A stretch of DNA of 64,000 bases from Candidatus Latescibacterota bacterium (lineage in GTDB: Bacteria; Latescibacterota; UBA2968; UBA8231), in NCBI GenBank assembly GCA_965261395.1, contig OZ253462.1:2304001-2368000 (forward strand), given 5' to 3'. Below are positions 1-10,495 of this stretch, piece after piece (the first letter of the stretch is position 1; each line of letters opens with the position of its first letter). Below the pieces are notes generated by a model. The model saw only the letters and a list, made by a program, of their open reading frames with translations. It ran no database searches and was not told where the DNA came from. A program made the position numbers and the translations under genes.

Positions 1-588
1 GTGCGCGAAGCCGCTGGCTCGCACGCCAAGGTGCTCATCGACGCCAACATGGGCAATACACTCAACACGGCCATAGCCCTGTTGGATGCCTGTGCGGATG
101 TGGGCATCTATTGGTTTGAGGAGCCTTTTGCCGAAGACGCCCCGCTCAATCAAGCGCTCAAGGAGCACATCGTCGAAAATGACTGGGACACGCTGGTAGC
201 CGATGGGGAATTTTCGCCGCCGCCGTACTTTTTTGACTTGGTAGAACAGGGTTTTATCGACGTGGTGCAGCACGATTTCCGCGCCATGGGGCTGACGTGG
301 TGGCGGAGCACGTCGGCGCGGCTAGAGCAGTGGAACGCGCTCTGCGCCCCCCATTGCTGGGGGTCTTACGTCGAGCGCTTTCACCACGCCCATTTCGCCG
401 CTTCGATCCCCAACTTCTGCCTGCTCGAAGCCGCACCGGCTGCCATGCCTGGGCTAATCACCGATGGCTGGCGGCTCGCCGACTCCATCCTCCACGTGCC
501 CGCCACGCCCGGTGCGGGCCTCGACATCGATCCGCGCATCTTCGCGCAAGGAATGGAAGATCGAGAGGGGTTTAGGGTGGTGTTTTGA
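1..588 (+). CDS. Mandelate racemase/muconate lactonizing (enolase superfamily) enzyme, 5' part outside the window
   Basis: LIDAN, YWFEEP and ADGE metal-ligand motifs; C-terminal PATPGAGLDID. Confidence 0.85.
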   Translation: MREAAGSHAKVLIDANMGNTLNTAIALLDACADVGIYWFEEPFAEDAPLNQALKEHIVENDWDTLVADGEFSPPPYFFDLVEQGFIDVVQHDFRAMGLTWWRSTSARLEQWNALCAPHCWGSYVERFHHAHFAASIPNFCLLEAAPAAMPGLITDGWRLADSILHVPATPGAGLDIDPRIFAQGMEDREGFRVVF

Positions 589-713
589 GGGATAAAAACA
601 AAGAATAGGGAGGCGAAAATCGCAGTTATGCATATCTTTAATACAATCCCCTCAATCCCCTGTCGTTTTTTATTTTCAGTCCCAAAGACGTTGTAAATGA
701 GGAGGAGTGTGCG

Positions 714-2123
714 ATGACAGACGATCTTCATACCAACCCGTTTGAGAAGATCGACACCAATAGGGTCGCGGAAGATCTGCATATAGTCGAAGATAGCCAA
801 CGGAACGCGAGGCGGGGGCGGCCGGCACTAGACAGTGCGGAAGACGACCTCGATCCCACAGAACGCAAGGTTATCGGGCTAATTGAGAGCTCTCAAGCAC
901 AGGCACAGAATACGTGCGAGAGCGAGCTAAAGACATACAGAGAACGACTCGTCGGGCTAGATTTCCGGGAACAACTAAGTTCCATTGAGATTGAAACGGC
1001 CAAGCAACGTGCGGAGTTCGATCAGAATGTCGATAAGGCCATAGTGGAGTTGAGCAGAGAGCAACAGGATCTGCGCCGAAAAAAAGAAGACTTGCAGCAG
1101 TTTAAGGAGCAAAATGGCCTTAGCCGCGAGCCGCAGCCCCGTAGCTGGGACGATAAGATATTTAACATAGGCCTCATCGCCGTGCTCTTTCTCATTGAGA
1201 CCTTTGGCAATGCCTCCTTTCTGGCCAAGGGCAACGAGTTTGGGCTGTTCGGCGCGTACACCGAGGCCGTTGTCATCTCGTTCGTCAACCTCGGCATTGC
1301 CTTTTTGCTCGGCATCCTGGTCACCAATTTCAACCACATCCATTGGAGCAGAAGGTCCGTGGGCATCGCCGGCGCGGTGGTGTTTATGGCCTTTGCGTTG
1401 TTTTTCAACCTGATGGTGGCGCACTATCGGGAGACAACGGGCACGATGCTCGACGAAGGGGGGAAACTCGCCATCGCCGCTTTCGGCGACAATCCATTGG
1501 GTCTAGGGGACTTCCAATCGTGGATCCTGTTCTTCATGGGATTCCTCTTTGCGATCATTAGCTTTATCGATGGAATCCTGTGGGATGATCGCTATCCGGG
1601 TTACGCGAAATGTGCCCGCGTCTTCGCGGAGGCCGACGAAGCGTACAACGTGCTCTATCAGGTCTGCCTAAAGGGATTGAAGGAAACGTCGGATGAGGCG
1701 GTGCAAGCGTTGGAGAACATCAAGCAAAACATTTTGCTCGCTGGACGACAACACGATTCTGTCATCGACGACCATCGACGCCTCATTAAATTGTTCGACG
1801 ACCATCTAGACCACTTAGAGCACGCGGGAAATCACTTGCTCAAGCTCTACCGCGATACCAACCGGGCGATGCGAGACGGAAAAGCGCCAGAGCGATTCAA
1901 GAAGCCTTGGCGAATCGTGAAAACGCCAATAGACACCAGCTTGCCGAAGGCCATGCTGACGCGCGAGGAGATCTTGAAGATCACCAGCGCGGCGGAGATA
2001 AAAATTGATAACGGCGTGAAGGAGCTGCACTATCAGTACGATATGGGCAGCGAGGAATTGAGACCGTTGGCGCCGCATCGGAGGCAGCCAGATAGTCCGA
2101 GGGGCGATCAGGAAGAGAGTTAA
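714..2123 (+). CDS. Uncharacterised membrane protein, coiled-coil / 4 TM / coiled-coil (469 aa)
   Basis: GAGGAGG RBS; four hydrophobic segments flanked by charged helical regions; DDRYPGY after the last TM. Confidence 0.75.
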   Translation: MTDDLHTNPFEKIDTNRVAEDLHIVEDSQRNARRGRPALDSAEDDLDPTERKVIGLIESSQAQAQNTCESELKTYRERLVGLDFREQLSSIEIETAKQRAEFDQNVDKAIVELSREQQDLRRKKEDLQQFKEQNGLSREPQPRSWDDKIFNIGLIAVLFLIETFGNASFLAKGNEFGLFGAYTEAVVISFVNLGIAFLLGILVTNFNHIHWSRRSVGIAGAVVFMAFALFFNLMVAHYRETTGTMLDEGGKLAIAAFGDNPLGLGDFQSWILFFMGFLFAIISFIDGILWDDRYPGYAKCARVFAEADEAYNVLYQVCLKGLKETSDEAVQALENIKQNILLAGRQHDSVIDDHRRLIKLFDDHLDHLEHAGNHLLKLYRDTNRAMRDGKAPERFKKPWRIVKTPIDTSLPKAMLTREEILKITSAAEIKIDNGVKELHYQYDMGSEELRPLAPHRRQPDSPRGDQEES

Positions 2124-2923
2124 TGAGTAAAAGTAAGCTATCGAATAAAACGATAGCAGGCGGTGCGATGATCGCGGGGGTCATCGTTATCTTGCTCGTT
2201 TTTGTGTTGCTAAAACCGCCGTCGGTCGAGCGCGATCCAAAGACCCTTTGCCGGTCGGAGGGCCCCTCGGCGATTACGGCGATCCTGCTCGATCGCACGG
2301 ATTCGTTCATGCCCACTACCAAATCCGATCTGGAAACTCGGATCTGGAACCTACTCGATAAGATTGAGGAAAATCACGAGATCAGTCTTTTTGCGGTGGA
2401 CCCTACGCATGGCGGGAGCCTCGACCCGATTATCAAGGTCTGTAGCCCCGGCGACCCGGAAAACGTCGATCACCTCACGCAATCCGAAGCGATCATTCGG
2501 CGCAACTGGCAGCAAAAATTTCGCGCACCTTTAGAAGAGGAGCTGAGAAAGCTGCTCACCAATAAAGAGGCGAAATCGTCGCCGATCATGGAATCGGTAC
2601 AGTTGGTTGCCATAAAGCATTTTCAGAGTACCAAGCGGCGCGAGGTGCCGCGTCGTCTCATCATCGTTTCAGATCTCCTACAAAACAGCGACGCGATTTC
2701 GTTCTACAAGAATCAGCCGGATTTCAAGCGCTTCCACGGCAGCCCCCAAGCTCGAGGGCTAAACCCGGACCTGCGGGACGTCGAGATCGAGCTATGGCTC
2801 ATTCAGCGAAAGCAACGACAGCAGGGAGACGGCGCAGCCGTGTTGCAATTCTTCCGCTCTTGGCTCGTGGAACATGGGGGCCAAGTTCGCGCGTCCGTGC
2901 GAACTTCGGGGATAAACAACTGA
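2123..2923 (+). CDS. Membrane-anchored VWA-like protein (266 aa)
   Basis: N-terminal TM; LLDRTDS (MIDAS-like DxTxS), SPI and IIVSD motifs; TAATG overlap with the upstream gene. Confidence 0.65.
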   Translation: MSKSKLSNKTIAGGAMIAGVIVILLVFVLLKPPSVERDPKTLCRSEGPSAITAILLDRTDSFMPTTKSDLETRIWNLLDKIEENHEISLFAVDPTHGGSLDPIIKVCSPGDPENVDHLTQSEAIIRRNWQQKFRAPLEEELRKLLTNKEAKSSPIMESVQLVAIKHFQSTKRREVPRRLIIVSDLLQNSDAISFYKNQPDFKRFHGSPQARGLNPDLRDVEIELWLIQRKQRQQGDGAAVLQFFRSWLVEHGGQVRASVRTSGINN

Positions 2924-2993
2924 GGCAAACCGCCCCGGCAAGCAAAGTCAATCGGCGATTCTGCTGCATGTGGGTCGGGTGCCCGCCGCCCGC

Positions 2994-3854
2994 TCAGCGC
3001 TGTAACCACCCCGGCAAGCGAATTTCAGCAGACTGGTGCCAGGCCGTCAGGTAGAGCGAGGCCGTAAAGCGCACGGACGTCCGGGCCAACTCTAGGGCCA
3101 AGGCACGCACGCGGGCGTCACTTTTGTCTTCCCAATGGCCCAGCAGCGCGTACACCTCTTCCACTCGCCCGTTGCTTTTTTTGATCTGGTCGGTGATGGC
3201 CTTCATCAGCGAATCAGAGGCTACAATGTCCTGCTCGGCCGCCAAATCCTCGGCCGCAAAGCCGAGCCGCTCCACCGCTGAATCCACCTGTTCGTGGATG
3301 CCCTTGCCGATAACCGTGCCGTCCGCTTGCTTCTTGCCGTCGTAGTCCCGGGTCGCGTGCAGAGGCTGACAGATGTCTTCGGCGTAGTGGGCGAGCATAC
3401 CCGCATAGACGAGGCACTTCTGCTGAATCGCCTCGTTCTCCGGCCACTTGCGATGCTCGGCAAAGGCCACGGCCAACCGTCCGGTCCACTCGGCGATGGC
3501 GTATGGGGCCATCCCGACCTTGGTCGGATCCAGTTCTAGCTCGAAGCACAAGGCGATAAAGTCAAAGCGCTGCGGCGGAATCTCTCGTCCCTCAAGGTAC
3601 TCTAGATCGAAATAGTGCTCTCCGTGCTCGGCATGGCTCAGCAAGGGGGCGCCCCGATTCTTAAACAGATCTGGATCGAAGACCGTATGGCTGGCGATGT
3701 TGCCGCCTTGGCGGAAGAAGGCCGGCACGTCCTCTGGCAGGGCCAGCACGGCTCCCTCGGTCAGAATCCCGTGCCCATCCCCCCACCAAGCTTGGGCTGG
3801 AACGGCCACCAAGCCAGCGACGACTGCAATCCACATTGCGCGGATCGTTCTCAT
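2994..3854 (-). CDS. Secreted S1/P1 nuclease or zinc phospholipase C family protein
   Basis: Signal peptide then WWGDGH; HYAEDICQPLH; HEQVD zinc ligands. Confidence 0.75.
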   Translation of the reverse strand: MRTIRAMWIAVVAGLVAVPAQAWWGDGHGILTEGAVLALPEDVPAFFRQGGNIASHTVFDPDLFKNRGAPLLSHAEHGEHYFDLEYLEGREIPPQRFDFIALCFELELDPTKVGMAPYAIAEWTGRLAVAFAEHRKWPENEAIQQKCLVYAGMLAHYAEDICQPLHATRDYDGKKQADGTVIGKGIHEQVDSAVERLGFAAEDLAAEQDIVASDSLMKAITDQIKKSNGRVEEVYALLGHWEDKSDARVRALALELARTSVRFTASLYLTAWHQSAEIRLPGWLQR

Positions 3855-3937
3855 TAGTTTGCATCCTTTCTTTGTGCAAATTACCTAAAAGTTTCTAAGA
3901 AGCAGTCCGCCAACAACCCTCAACCGCGAGGATCCCG

Positions 3938-4765
3938 ATGAAACTCTCGCTCTCGGTCCGCGTCGCCGAAAAATTTCACGCCAAACGCGAAGCCAATATG
4001 ACGCTCGAGCAATTGGCCGCCCTGGCCACCCGCCACGGGTACCGCGGGCTGTGTATGCGCGCCTCGCAAGTGGGCGTTCACAGCCCGCCAGAGACGGTTG
4101 CCGCTGCTCATGCCCTGCTCGGCCGCTACTCGCTGGCCGTCTCCATGCTCACCGGCGACTTCCCCATCCCGGAAAACTCCGACCAAGGGCCGGATGCCCT
4201 CCGCAATATAACGCCCTATCTCGATCTAGCCGAACAGCTCGGTGCTCCACTGCTGCGCGTCTGCCTGAAAAAGGACGCAGATATCGCTTGGGCGCGCCGT
4301 GCCGCCGACGAAGCTGCCGAGCGCGATATGCGCCTAGCACACCAGTGTCACACCCGCAGCCTCTTCGAGGAAATCGACCGCTCGCTGCACGTTTTGGCGA
4401 GCATTGGCCGCTCCAACTTTGGCTTGATCTACGAACCGGCCAACTTAGAGCTATGTGGCGAGCCTTATGGGCTGAATGCCATCCGCCGTCTGGTGCCGCA
4501 CCTATTCAATGTGTATCTGCAAAATCAGGTCTTGACCGCCGATGGTCCAGACGCGCTTGAGACGTGGTGCCGCGGCGAGGTGCGGTTCCGCCAGATCCCC
4601 TTGTGGGAGGAAGGGGGCATTAGCTTCCCGCCGCTGATGGACGCGCTGCGCGTGGTCGGCTACGAGGGCTATGTAACGGTTCATCAGGCTTCGGCCGAGC
4701 TGGGTACAGAAGCCGCGGTCCGCGAGAGCGCTCGCTATCTCAAGCGGCTGTTGGCGACCAATTGA
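3938..4765 (+). CDS. Sugar phosphate isomerase/epimerase (xylose-isomerase-like TIM barrel)
   Basis: AP_endonuc_2-like pattern: NFGLIYEPAN, GYEGYVTVH. Confidence 0.75.
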   Translation: MKLSLSVRVAEKFHAKREANMTLEQLAALATRHGYRGLCMRASQVGVHSPPETVAAAHALLGRYSLAVSMLTGDFPIPENSDQGPDALRNITPYLDLAEQLGAPLLRVCLKKDADIAWARRAADEAAERDMRLAHQCHTRSLFEEIDRSLHVLASIGRSNFGLIYEPANLELCGEPYGLNAIRRLVPHLFNVYLQNQVLTADGPDALETWCRGEVRFRQIPLWEEGGISFPPLMDALRVVGYEGYVTVHQASAELGTEAAVRESARYLKRLLATN

Positions 4766-4840
4766 CGACCGCTATGCGTACCTTGATATTTAATCGTTTG
4801 TTCGCAAACCCTTTCACAAGTAGAAAAAAGGAGAACCATC

Positions 4841-5476
4841 ATGGCTATCCGACTCGGCGACGAAGCCCCGGATTTCAGCGCGGCAACCACCGCAGGCCCG
4901 ATCAACTTTCACGAATGGCTCGGCGATTCTTGGGGAGTGCTCTTTTCCCACCCCGCCGACTTCACCCCGGTCTGCACCACGGAGTTAGGTGCAGTGGCCA
5001 ACATCGAAGAGGAGTTCAAAAAGCGCGACGTCAAGATCATCGCCTTGAGCGTCAACTCGGTTGACGATCACGCGGACTGGATCGCCGACATCAACGAGAC
5101 CCAAAACGCCAATGTCGGCTTCCCGTTGATCGCCGATCCCGAGCGCAAGGTCGCCGAGCTCTACGACATGATCCACCCCAACGCGCTCGACAATATGACC
5201 GTGCGTTCGGTTTTCGTCATCGGCCCGGACAAAAAGGTCAAGCTGACGCTGACTTATCCGGCCGCAACCGGCCGCAACTTCGACGAAATTTTGCGCGTGA
5301 TTGACTCGCTGCAACTGACGGCTAATTACTCGGTGGCTACCCCGGCCAACTGGCAAGACGGCGACGACTGCATCGTGGTGCCGGCCGTCTCGGACGAGGA
5401 AGCCACCGAGAAATTTCCCCGGGGCTTCACGGCGATTAAGCCCTACCTGCGCGTCACGCCACAGCCCAATAAGTAA
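4841..5476 (+). CDS. 1-Cys peroxiredoxin (Prx6 family)
   Basis: FSHPADFTPVCTTE and GRNFDEILRVIDSLQLT; AGGAG RBS. Confidence 0.95.
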   Translation: MAIRLGDEAPDFSAATTAGPINFHEWLGDSWGVLFSHPADFTPVCTTELGAVANIEEEFKKRDVKIIALSVNSVDDHADWIADINETQNANVGFPLIADPERKVAELYDMIHPNALDNMTVRSVFVIGPDKKVKLTLTYPAATGRNFDEILRVIDSLQLTANYSVATPANWQDGDDCIVVPAVSDEEATEKFPRGFTAIKPYLRVTPQPNK

Positions 5477-5481
5477 GCGCT

Positions 5482-6578
5482 ATGAATTTAACTTGGGCTG
5501 GTAGGCGGGTTTGGGCGGGTGGGTTGGCCGCGCTGATGTGGTGTGCGGCGGCCAACGCGGAATCCCTGACCGTGGTGTCTTGGGGCGGTTCGTATGCGCG
5601 CGCCTGCGTAAAAGGCTATTACGAGGCGTTTACGGCCGAGACGGGCATTGAAGTCCATCTGGACGACTACAACGGCGGCCTCGCCCAATTGTGCGCCCAA
5701 GTGGATGCGGGGGCCGTGTATTGGGACGTGGTGGATATGGAACTCGCCGATGCCATGACCGGCTGCGACGAGGGCCTCCTCGAAGTGCTGGACTTTGAGC
5801 TGCCTCCCGGGGCGAATGGCGAATCGCCCGAGGACGATTTTTACCCGGAAACTGTGAGCGAATGCGGCCTCGGCATGTTGTTCTACTCGACCATCTATGC
5901 GTACCACGCGGACCACTATAAGGAATAAGGAGCGCAAACCAGAGACCATCGCCGACTTTTTCGACCTTGAGACGTTTCCGGGCCGGCGCGGGATGCGGCG
6001 CGTACCGGCTGTAAACCTGGAGTTCGCCTTGATGGCCGACGGAGTGCCTCGGGACGAGGTGTACGCCACCCTCGACACGCCCGAAGGGGGTCAGTCGCGC
6101 ATTCCGCAAGCTCGACACCATTAAGGATCAGGTGGTTTGGTGGGAGGCCGGCGCGCAGCCGCCGCAGATGCTCGCCGATGGCGAAGTGGTGATGACCACG
6201 GCGTACAACGGGCGCATATTCAACGCGCAGGTTTTGGAGAAGCAGTCGTTTACTATCGTCTGGGACGGCCAGGTGCTGGACATAGACCAGCTCGTCATCG
6301 CGGCTGGTGCGCCGAATTTGGAGGCCGCGCGCCAGTTTCTCGCCTTTGCGGCGCGGCCGTCGTCTATGGCCGGCGTGGGCCGCTACATCGCCTATGCGCC
6401 GGCGCGTCGCTCGGGCATGGATCTGATTTCGCTACACGCTGAGACCGGCGAGGAAATGGCCCCGCACATGCCGACGTATCCAGCCAACGCGGCGGGCGCC
6501 CTGCGCAACGACTGGCGTTGGTGGAGCGACAACATGGACGAGATGAACGAGCGCTTCAGCGCTTGGCTGGCGCGCTAG
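5482..6578 (+). pseudogene. Polyamine-type ABC transporter substrate-binding protein with two frameshifts
   Basis: Three ORF pieces join into one PotD/PotF-like protein (LTVVSWGG, DFFDLETFPGRR, QMLADGEVVM); 7-bp tandem duplication at 5918-5931 and an extra G at 6086-6090. Confidence 0.85.
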
Positions 6579-6602
6579 CAGCGGGAAAAGCTGTTTGATA
6601 GT

Positions 6603-6640
6603 GGGCCGGGGCGTCTGTATTTGCCTCGGCCCGTTTTTTA
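6603..6640. terminator. Probable intrinsic terminator between convergent genes
   Basis: GGGCCGGGGC...GCCTCGGCCC stem followed by a T-run. Confidence 0.55.
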
Positions 6641-7474
6641 TAATTCGGCGAAAATAGCCTCTATGTCAGCCGTTTCTTTCCACTTGGCGAATTCTTTGTC
6701 CATCTTGGGCGACCACTTGCGATCCACCTCCCCGGGCGTGTAGCGGCCGTCGGCAATGCTCTTCTTGCCCCAATAGTCGCGCAGGCGGGTGTTTTCGGAA
6801 GACTCCACGACCTCGCGGGCGTATTGCGGTGGCACGAAAATCACGCCCGTGGGGGTCGCCAGCACGATATCGCCCGGCATACAGGTCGCTGCCCCCACCC
6901 GCACCGGGCCGTTGATCTCGGCCATGGTCACCTCGCCGATTGCCGAGGGATGTAGCCCCTTACAGAGCACGTTAATGGGCAACTGGCGCACGCGGTGATC
7001 GTCGCGGATGCCGCCATCGACGACCAGGCCCGTACCACCGGTGTTGGTCGCGATCGCCGTGCCGAGATTGTCGCCGATAAAGGTCCCGCGCAGCACCTTG
7101 CCGAACAGGTCGACGACCAACACGTCGTTGGCGACTAAGGCGTCGATGACCCAGCTATTCTGACCGCCGATCCGGCCGTGCCGCTCGCCTTCGGCCTGCA
7201 CGACGCCGTCGAAGTCGGGCCGGTGCGGGATATAGCGGGCCGTCACCGCGCGGCCGACTAGCACGCGGCTTGGATGCAGGTTGATCCAGTCGCCTTCGAA
7301 CTGAAACGAATGCCCCTTGCCCATCAGCACCCCCCAGGCTTCCTCAATGGTCACCCGCTGCATCCGCTCGACGATATCACCACCGACTTTGGGCCGCCCG
7401 TCGCGAAAGCGCGGGCCTGAGTACGCGCTCGTTATGCTCTTTATTTTGCTTGGCGCGTTGAGTTCAAATGCCAT
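6638..7474 (-). CDS. RraA / HMG-aldolase family protein
   Basis: VGRAVT, GDNLGT, VVDGGIRD and PGDIVLA motifs; start placed at the ATG following GGAG. Confidence 0.8.
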   Translation of the reverse strand: MAFELNAPSKIKSITSAYSGPRFRDGRPKVGGDIVERMQRVTIEEAWGVLMGKGHSFQFEGDWINLHPSRVLVGRAVTARYIPHRPDFDGVVQAEGERHGRIGGQNSWVIDALVANDVLVVDLFGKVLRGTFIGDNLGTAIATNTGGTGLVVDGGIRDDHRVRQLPINVLCKGLHPSAIGEVTMAEINGPVRVGAATCMPGDIVLATPTGVIFVPPQYAREVVESSENTRLRDYWGKKSIADGRYTPGEVDRKWSPKMDKEFAKWKETADIEAIFAEL

Positions 7475-7581
7475 GGTCGCTCCTTCGAGAAGATGAAAAA
7501 ATGGCCGCGCATCCTTTGCGGACCGCGACCAAGCTAATACATCTCGTCCGAGCGTCAACCCGGCGGAGTGGTGGAACGGGG

Positions 7582-7947
7582 TTAAAAGGGCAGATCGTCG
7601 CGGTTGGGGCCGGCCGCAGGGGTACCGGCGAGTGCATGACCGTTGCTCTCAGTGGCCTCGACGGCCTCGGCGGCCCGTTCGTCACCGAGCATTTTCATGG
7701 TGTTGGCGACGATTTCGGTGGTCTGGCGCTTGTGACCTTGCTGATCTTCCCAAGAGCGCGTTTGCAGCTTGCCCTCGATGTAGATTTTGCTGCCCTTTTT
7801 TAGGTACTGACCAGCGATTTCGGCGAGCCGTTGCCACAAGACGATGCGGTGCCATTCGGTGCGCTCTTGGCGCTGCCCGTTCTTGTCGTTCCACGACTCG
7901 CTGGTGGCCAAGTTGAAGTTGGCGACCTGAGCGCCGCTGGGGGTAAA
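7582..7947 (-). CDS. ssb: Single-stranded DNA-binding protein, exon 2
   Basis: [19 protein letters not shown]...TEWHRIV...[19 protein letters not shown]; acidic tail DDLPF. Confidence 0.92.
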   Translation of the reverse strand, partial: FTPSGAQVANFNLATSESWNDKNGQRQERTEWHRIVLWQRLAEIAGQYLKKGSKIYIEGKLQTRSWEDQQGHKRQTTEIVANTMKMLGDERAAEAVEATESNGHALAGTPAAGPNRDDLPF

Positions 7948-8917
7948 GTAGGGTAGGCAGCAGGCGAGTTGCTGGTATCAGCACTTTTCCTACTACCCCC
8001 CTCCGAACCGGACTTGCGGCTTTCACCGCATCCGGCTCTCCAGTGTGTTCTTCCAGAAATCCCATTCATTTCTGTGCTGGCCTGCATGTATTGCCTTGTG
8101 ACAAGTAGTGCAGGTCATCAGAGTTTTACGTCTGAGGGCAGCCATGCGATGTATCCAAACAGGTTTTGTTTTCCTACCTGGCATGTCTACATCTTTTAAC
8201 TTCCGCACATGATGAACTTGGATTGCCCCTTGTTCCCCGCACATTTCGCACTCTTCTTTCATCATCCGAGTCAGGATTTCACTTCTGTTAGTCCCTATTC
8301 GTGTGATGGTGTCCGAGATAGTGCTGGGTTGAGGGTTTCTTTTCAGGGGTATAGCCCCAAAGTGGGAGATAAGTGGTTTCTTTCCCTCTCTCTCCACAAC
8401 AGCTTGAAATACACGGTAAATTTTCCCGTTTAGTCTTTTGGTATCCTTATACTTCTTTGCGACCTTGGACACCGTAGACTTATATTTATTCGCCAGTGTT
8501 TTGAGGAGGGACGTTACTACCACCCATTCCAATCTGTTGAGGTTGTGCACGTTGTGAGCCATGATATAATACTGTGCGATACCTCTGTATTCTGCCTGAT
8601 AATGAGCGATTATGTCGTAATCGCTATTGAGCAGAAGTTCAGAGCGGTGTATTGGCTTACCGTTTTGCATGTATTTTCTCATGGATTTCACTATGACCTC
8701 TTTGGGAACCCCATACCAAATTTGTCCGTTTGCCGTTCTTCTCTCATTTCTCTGCATTACGCAGAGGTCATACCCGAGGAATCTGGCTTTTTCGGTCTTG
8801 GCGTGGGTTATTAAGGTCTTTTCGACAGACAACTCAAGACTGAGTTCCCTTTCTAAAAACCCTTTGATGTGTTCCCTGATTTCCTCAGCCTCTCCTTTAT
8901 TACCTGAGAAGCTGAGT

Positions 8918-10495
8918 GGGCACCTTAGCCGATTGTTATGGCACGATTTCGGTACGTATGTGTATATTTTACAGTAACTTGTTCTATTCTTTTGCCGCCT
9001 CCCCCGCGGCACGCTCCCCTCGATTGAGAAAGAAGGGGAGCAATGCCTGCGATTCTCTCTCTGGCGCCCTTTCAGCAGCGGCAGCAGTGGGCGCGCTTTC
9101 GAAGTAGAGCGCATGAAGCCCTGGACGAGTTGCTGGATCGGGTGGAGACGCAAATGAGCGAGCACGGATCTACTCCGCCGACGTTGATGGAGATTACCGA
9201 GGCGGTGTCGCAAGAGCGCTCCGGGCTTACCGCGGCGGTGGTGGAAGCCTTCATCGAACGCCGCCACGGCCAGTTCCTGGCGCAAGAAGAGGCGGCCTGC
9301 CCGAAGTGTGAGCGCGTCCTGCGTGCGCGACCGTCGCGCTCGCGCACGGTGGAGACGCTGCTCGGGCCGGTGCCCTTGGAGCGGCCCTATTTCTACTGCG
9401 TTTCCTGTGAGCACGGCTTTTATCCGCTGGACGAGGCCCTGGGCCTGTCGGGGCACCGCAAGCAGTGGGACGTTCAAAACGCCGGGGTCAAGCTGGCGCT
9501 GGAGATGCCCCACCAGCGCGCCGCGAAGCTGCTGGACGAGCTGACCGACGCGTCGATGAGCGACTGTGTGATTCACGAGGTGCTGCAACAGACCGGGTCG
9601 TTGGACGTGCTGCAGGTGTGTCCGGACGCGGCCGACATCCAGGATCGCATTGCTCAAGCCGCCGCCGCTCGCAAGTGGCGGCCCATCGTGGTGTTGGCCA
9701 TCGACGCGGCCGACGTGCCCAGTCGTCCCGAGACCGCCAAAGGGACTCGTCCGGGGCGCAAGAAGAGCCGGGCTCGGCGAAGGCGTTGGCAGGGTGAATA
9801 CCACGAAGCCAAGGGCTTTCGCTTCTACTTGGTAGACGATGAGCGCATCGAGCAGCTGATCTCCTGGCACCAGATGGGCGACGAACAGGCCTTCGGCTCG
9901 GCCTTGCGCCAGGTCAAGGAGGCGGGGCTGATCCCGGAGGAGCAGGTGCGCTTGTGTGCCATCGGGGACGGAGCCCCGTGGATCTGGAAATGGGTGGAGG
10001 AACTGTTCCCGAGCGCCCGTCAGATCCTCGACTACTACCATTGTAGCCGCTACCTGCACGCGGTGGCCGAGGCTCAATACGGCACCGATGCGGCGCGCGC
10101 CAGCCATTGGCTGGAAGCGACTCTGGCGCGCCTGTTCTGCGGTGAGGGCACCGGCGTGGTTTGGGGTCTGCAGCGCATGCAGGCGGTCTCGGAAGAGGCC
10201 GAAGAAGCGATCGGCACGGCCTTGACGTACCTGCAAAAGCGATTGCATCAAGTCGATTTCGGCAGCCATCGCAAGGGCGGATACCCGATCGGGTCGGGTG
10301 CGATCGAATCGGCGCATCGCTTCATCGGCCATGTTCGTCTGAAACGCTCGGGCGCTTGGTGGTATAAGGAAAACAGCAACGCCATTCTTGCCCTGCGTTG
10401 CGCCTTGTACAATGGAACGCTTGACCGGGTCTTTCAGCAGTACCGAGACAACCTAAAAACAACCACCAAAACCGTAACAATCACCTAATGCACCC
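8918..10495 (+). mobile_element. Insertion sequence, ISKra4/ISLre2-like
   Basis: Imperfect 21-bp IRs (GGGCACCTTAGCCGATTGTTA / GGGTGCATTAGGTGATTGTTA); 8-bp TSD AGCTGAGT at 8910-8917 and 10496-10503. Confidence 0.9.
9043..10488 (+). CDS. DDE transposase (ISKra4-like)
   Basis: CxxC...CxxC zinc finger, AID, GDGAPWIW, ILDYYH, GYPIGSGAIES. Confidence 0.9.
   Translation: MPAILSLAPFQQRQQWARFRSRAHEALDELLDRVETQMSEHGSTPPTLMEITEAVSQERSGLTAAVVEAFIERRHGQFLAQEEAACPKCERVLRARPSRSRTVETLLGPVPLERPYFYCVSCEHGFYPLDEALGLSGHRKQWDVQNAGVKLALEMPHQRAAKLLDELTDASMSDCVIHEVLQQTGSLDVLQVCPDAADIQDRIAQAAAARKWRPIVVLAIDAADVPSRPETAKGTRPGRKKSRARRRRWQGEYHEAKGFRFYLVDDERIEQLISWHQMGDEQAFGSALRQVKEAGLIPEEQVRLCAIGDGAPWIWKWVEELFPSARQILDYYHCSRYLHAVAEAQYGTDAARASHWLEATLARLFCGEGTGVVWGLQRMQAVSEEAEEAIGTALTYLQKRLHQVDFGSHRKGGYPIGSGAIESAHRFIGHVRLKRSGAWWYKENSNAILALRCALYNGTLDRVFQQYRDNLKTTTKTVTIT

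Noticed and set aside
8023-10332. 769-aa minus-strand ORF in the ORF track
   Set aside because: Chimera of the antisense frame of the IS transposase and the real maturase/endonuclease half (8917-8023)
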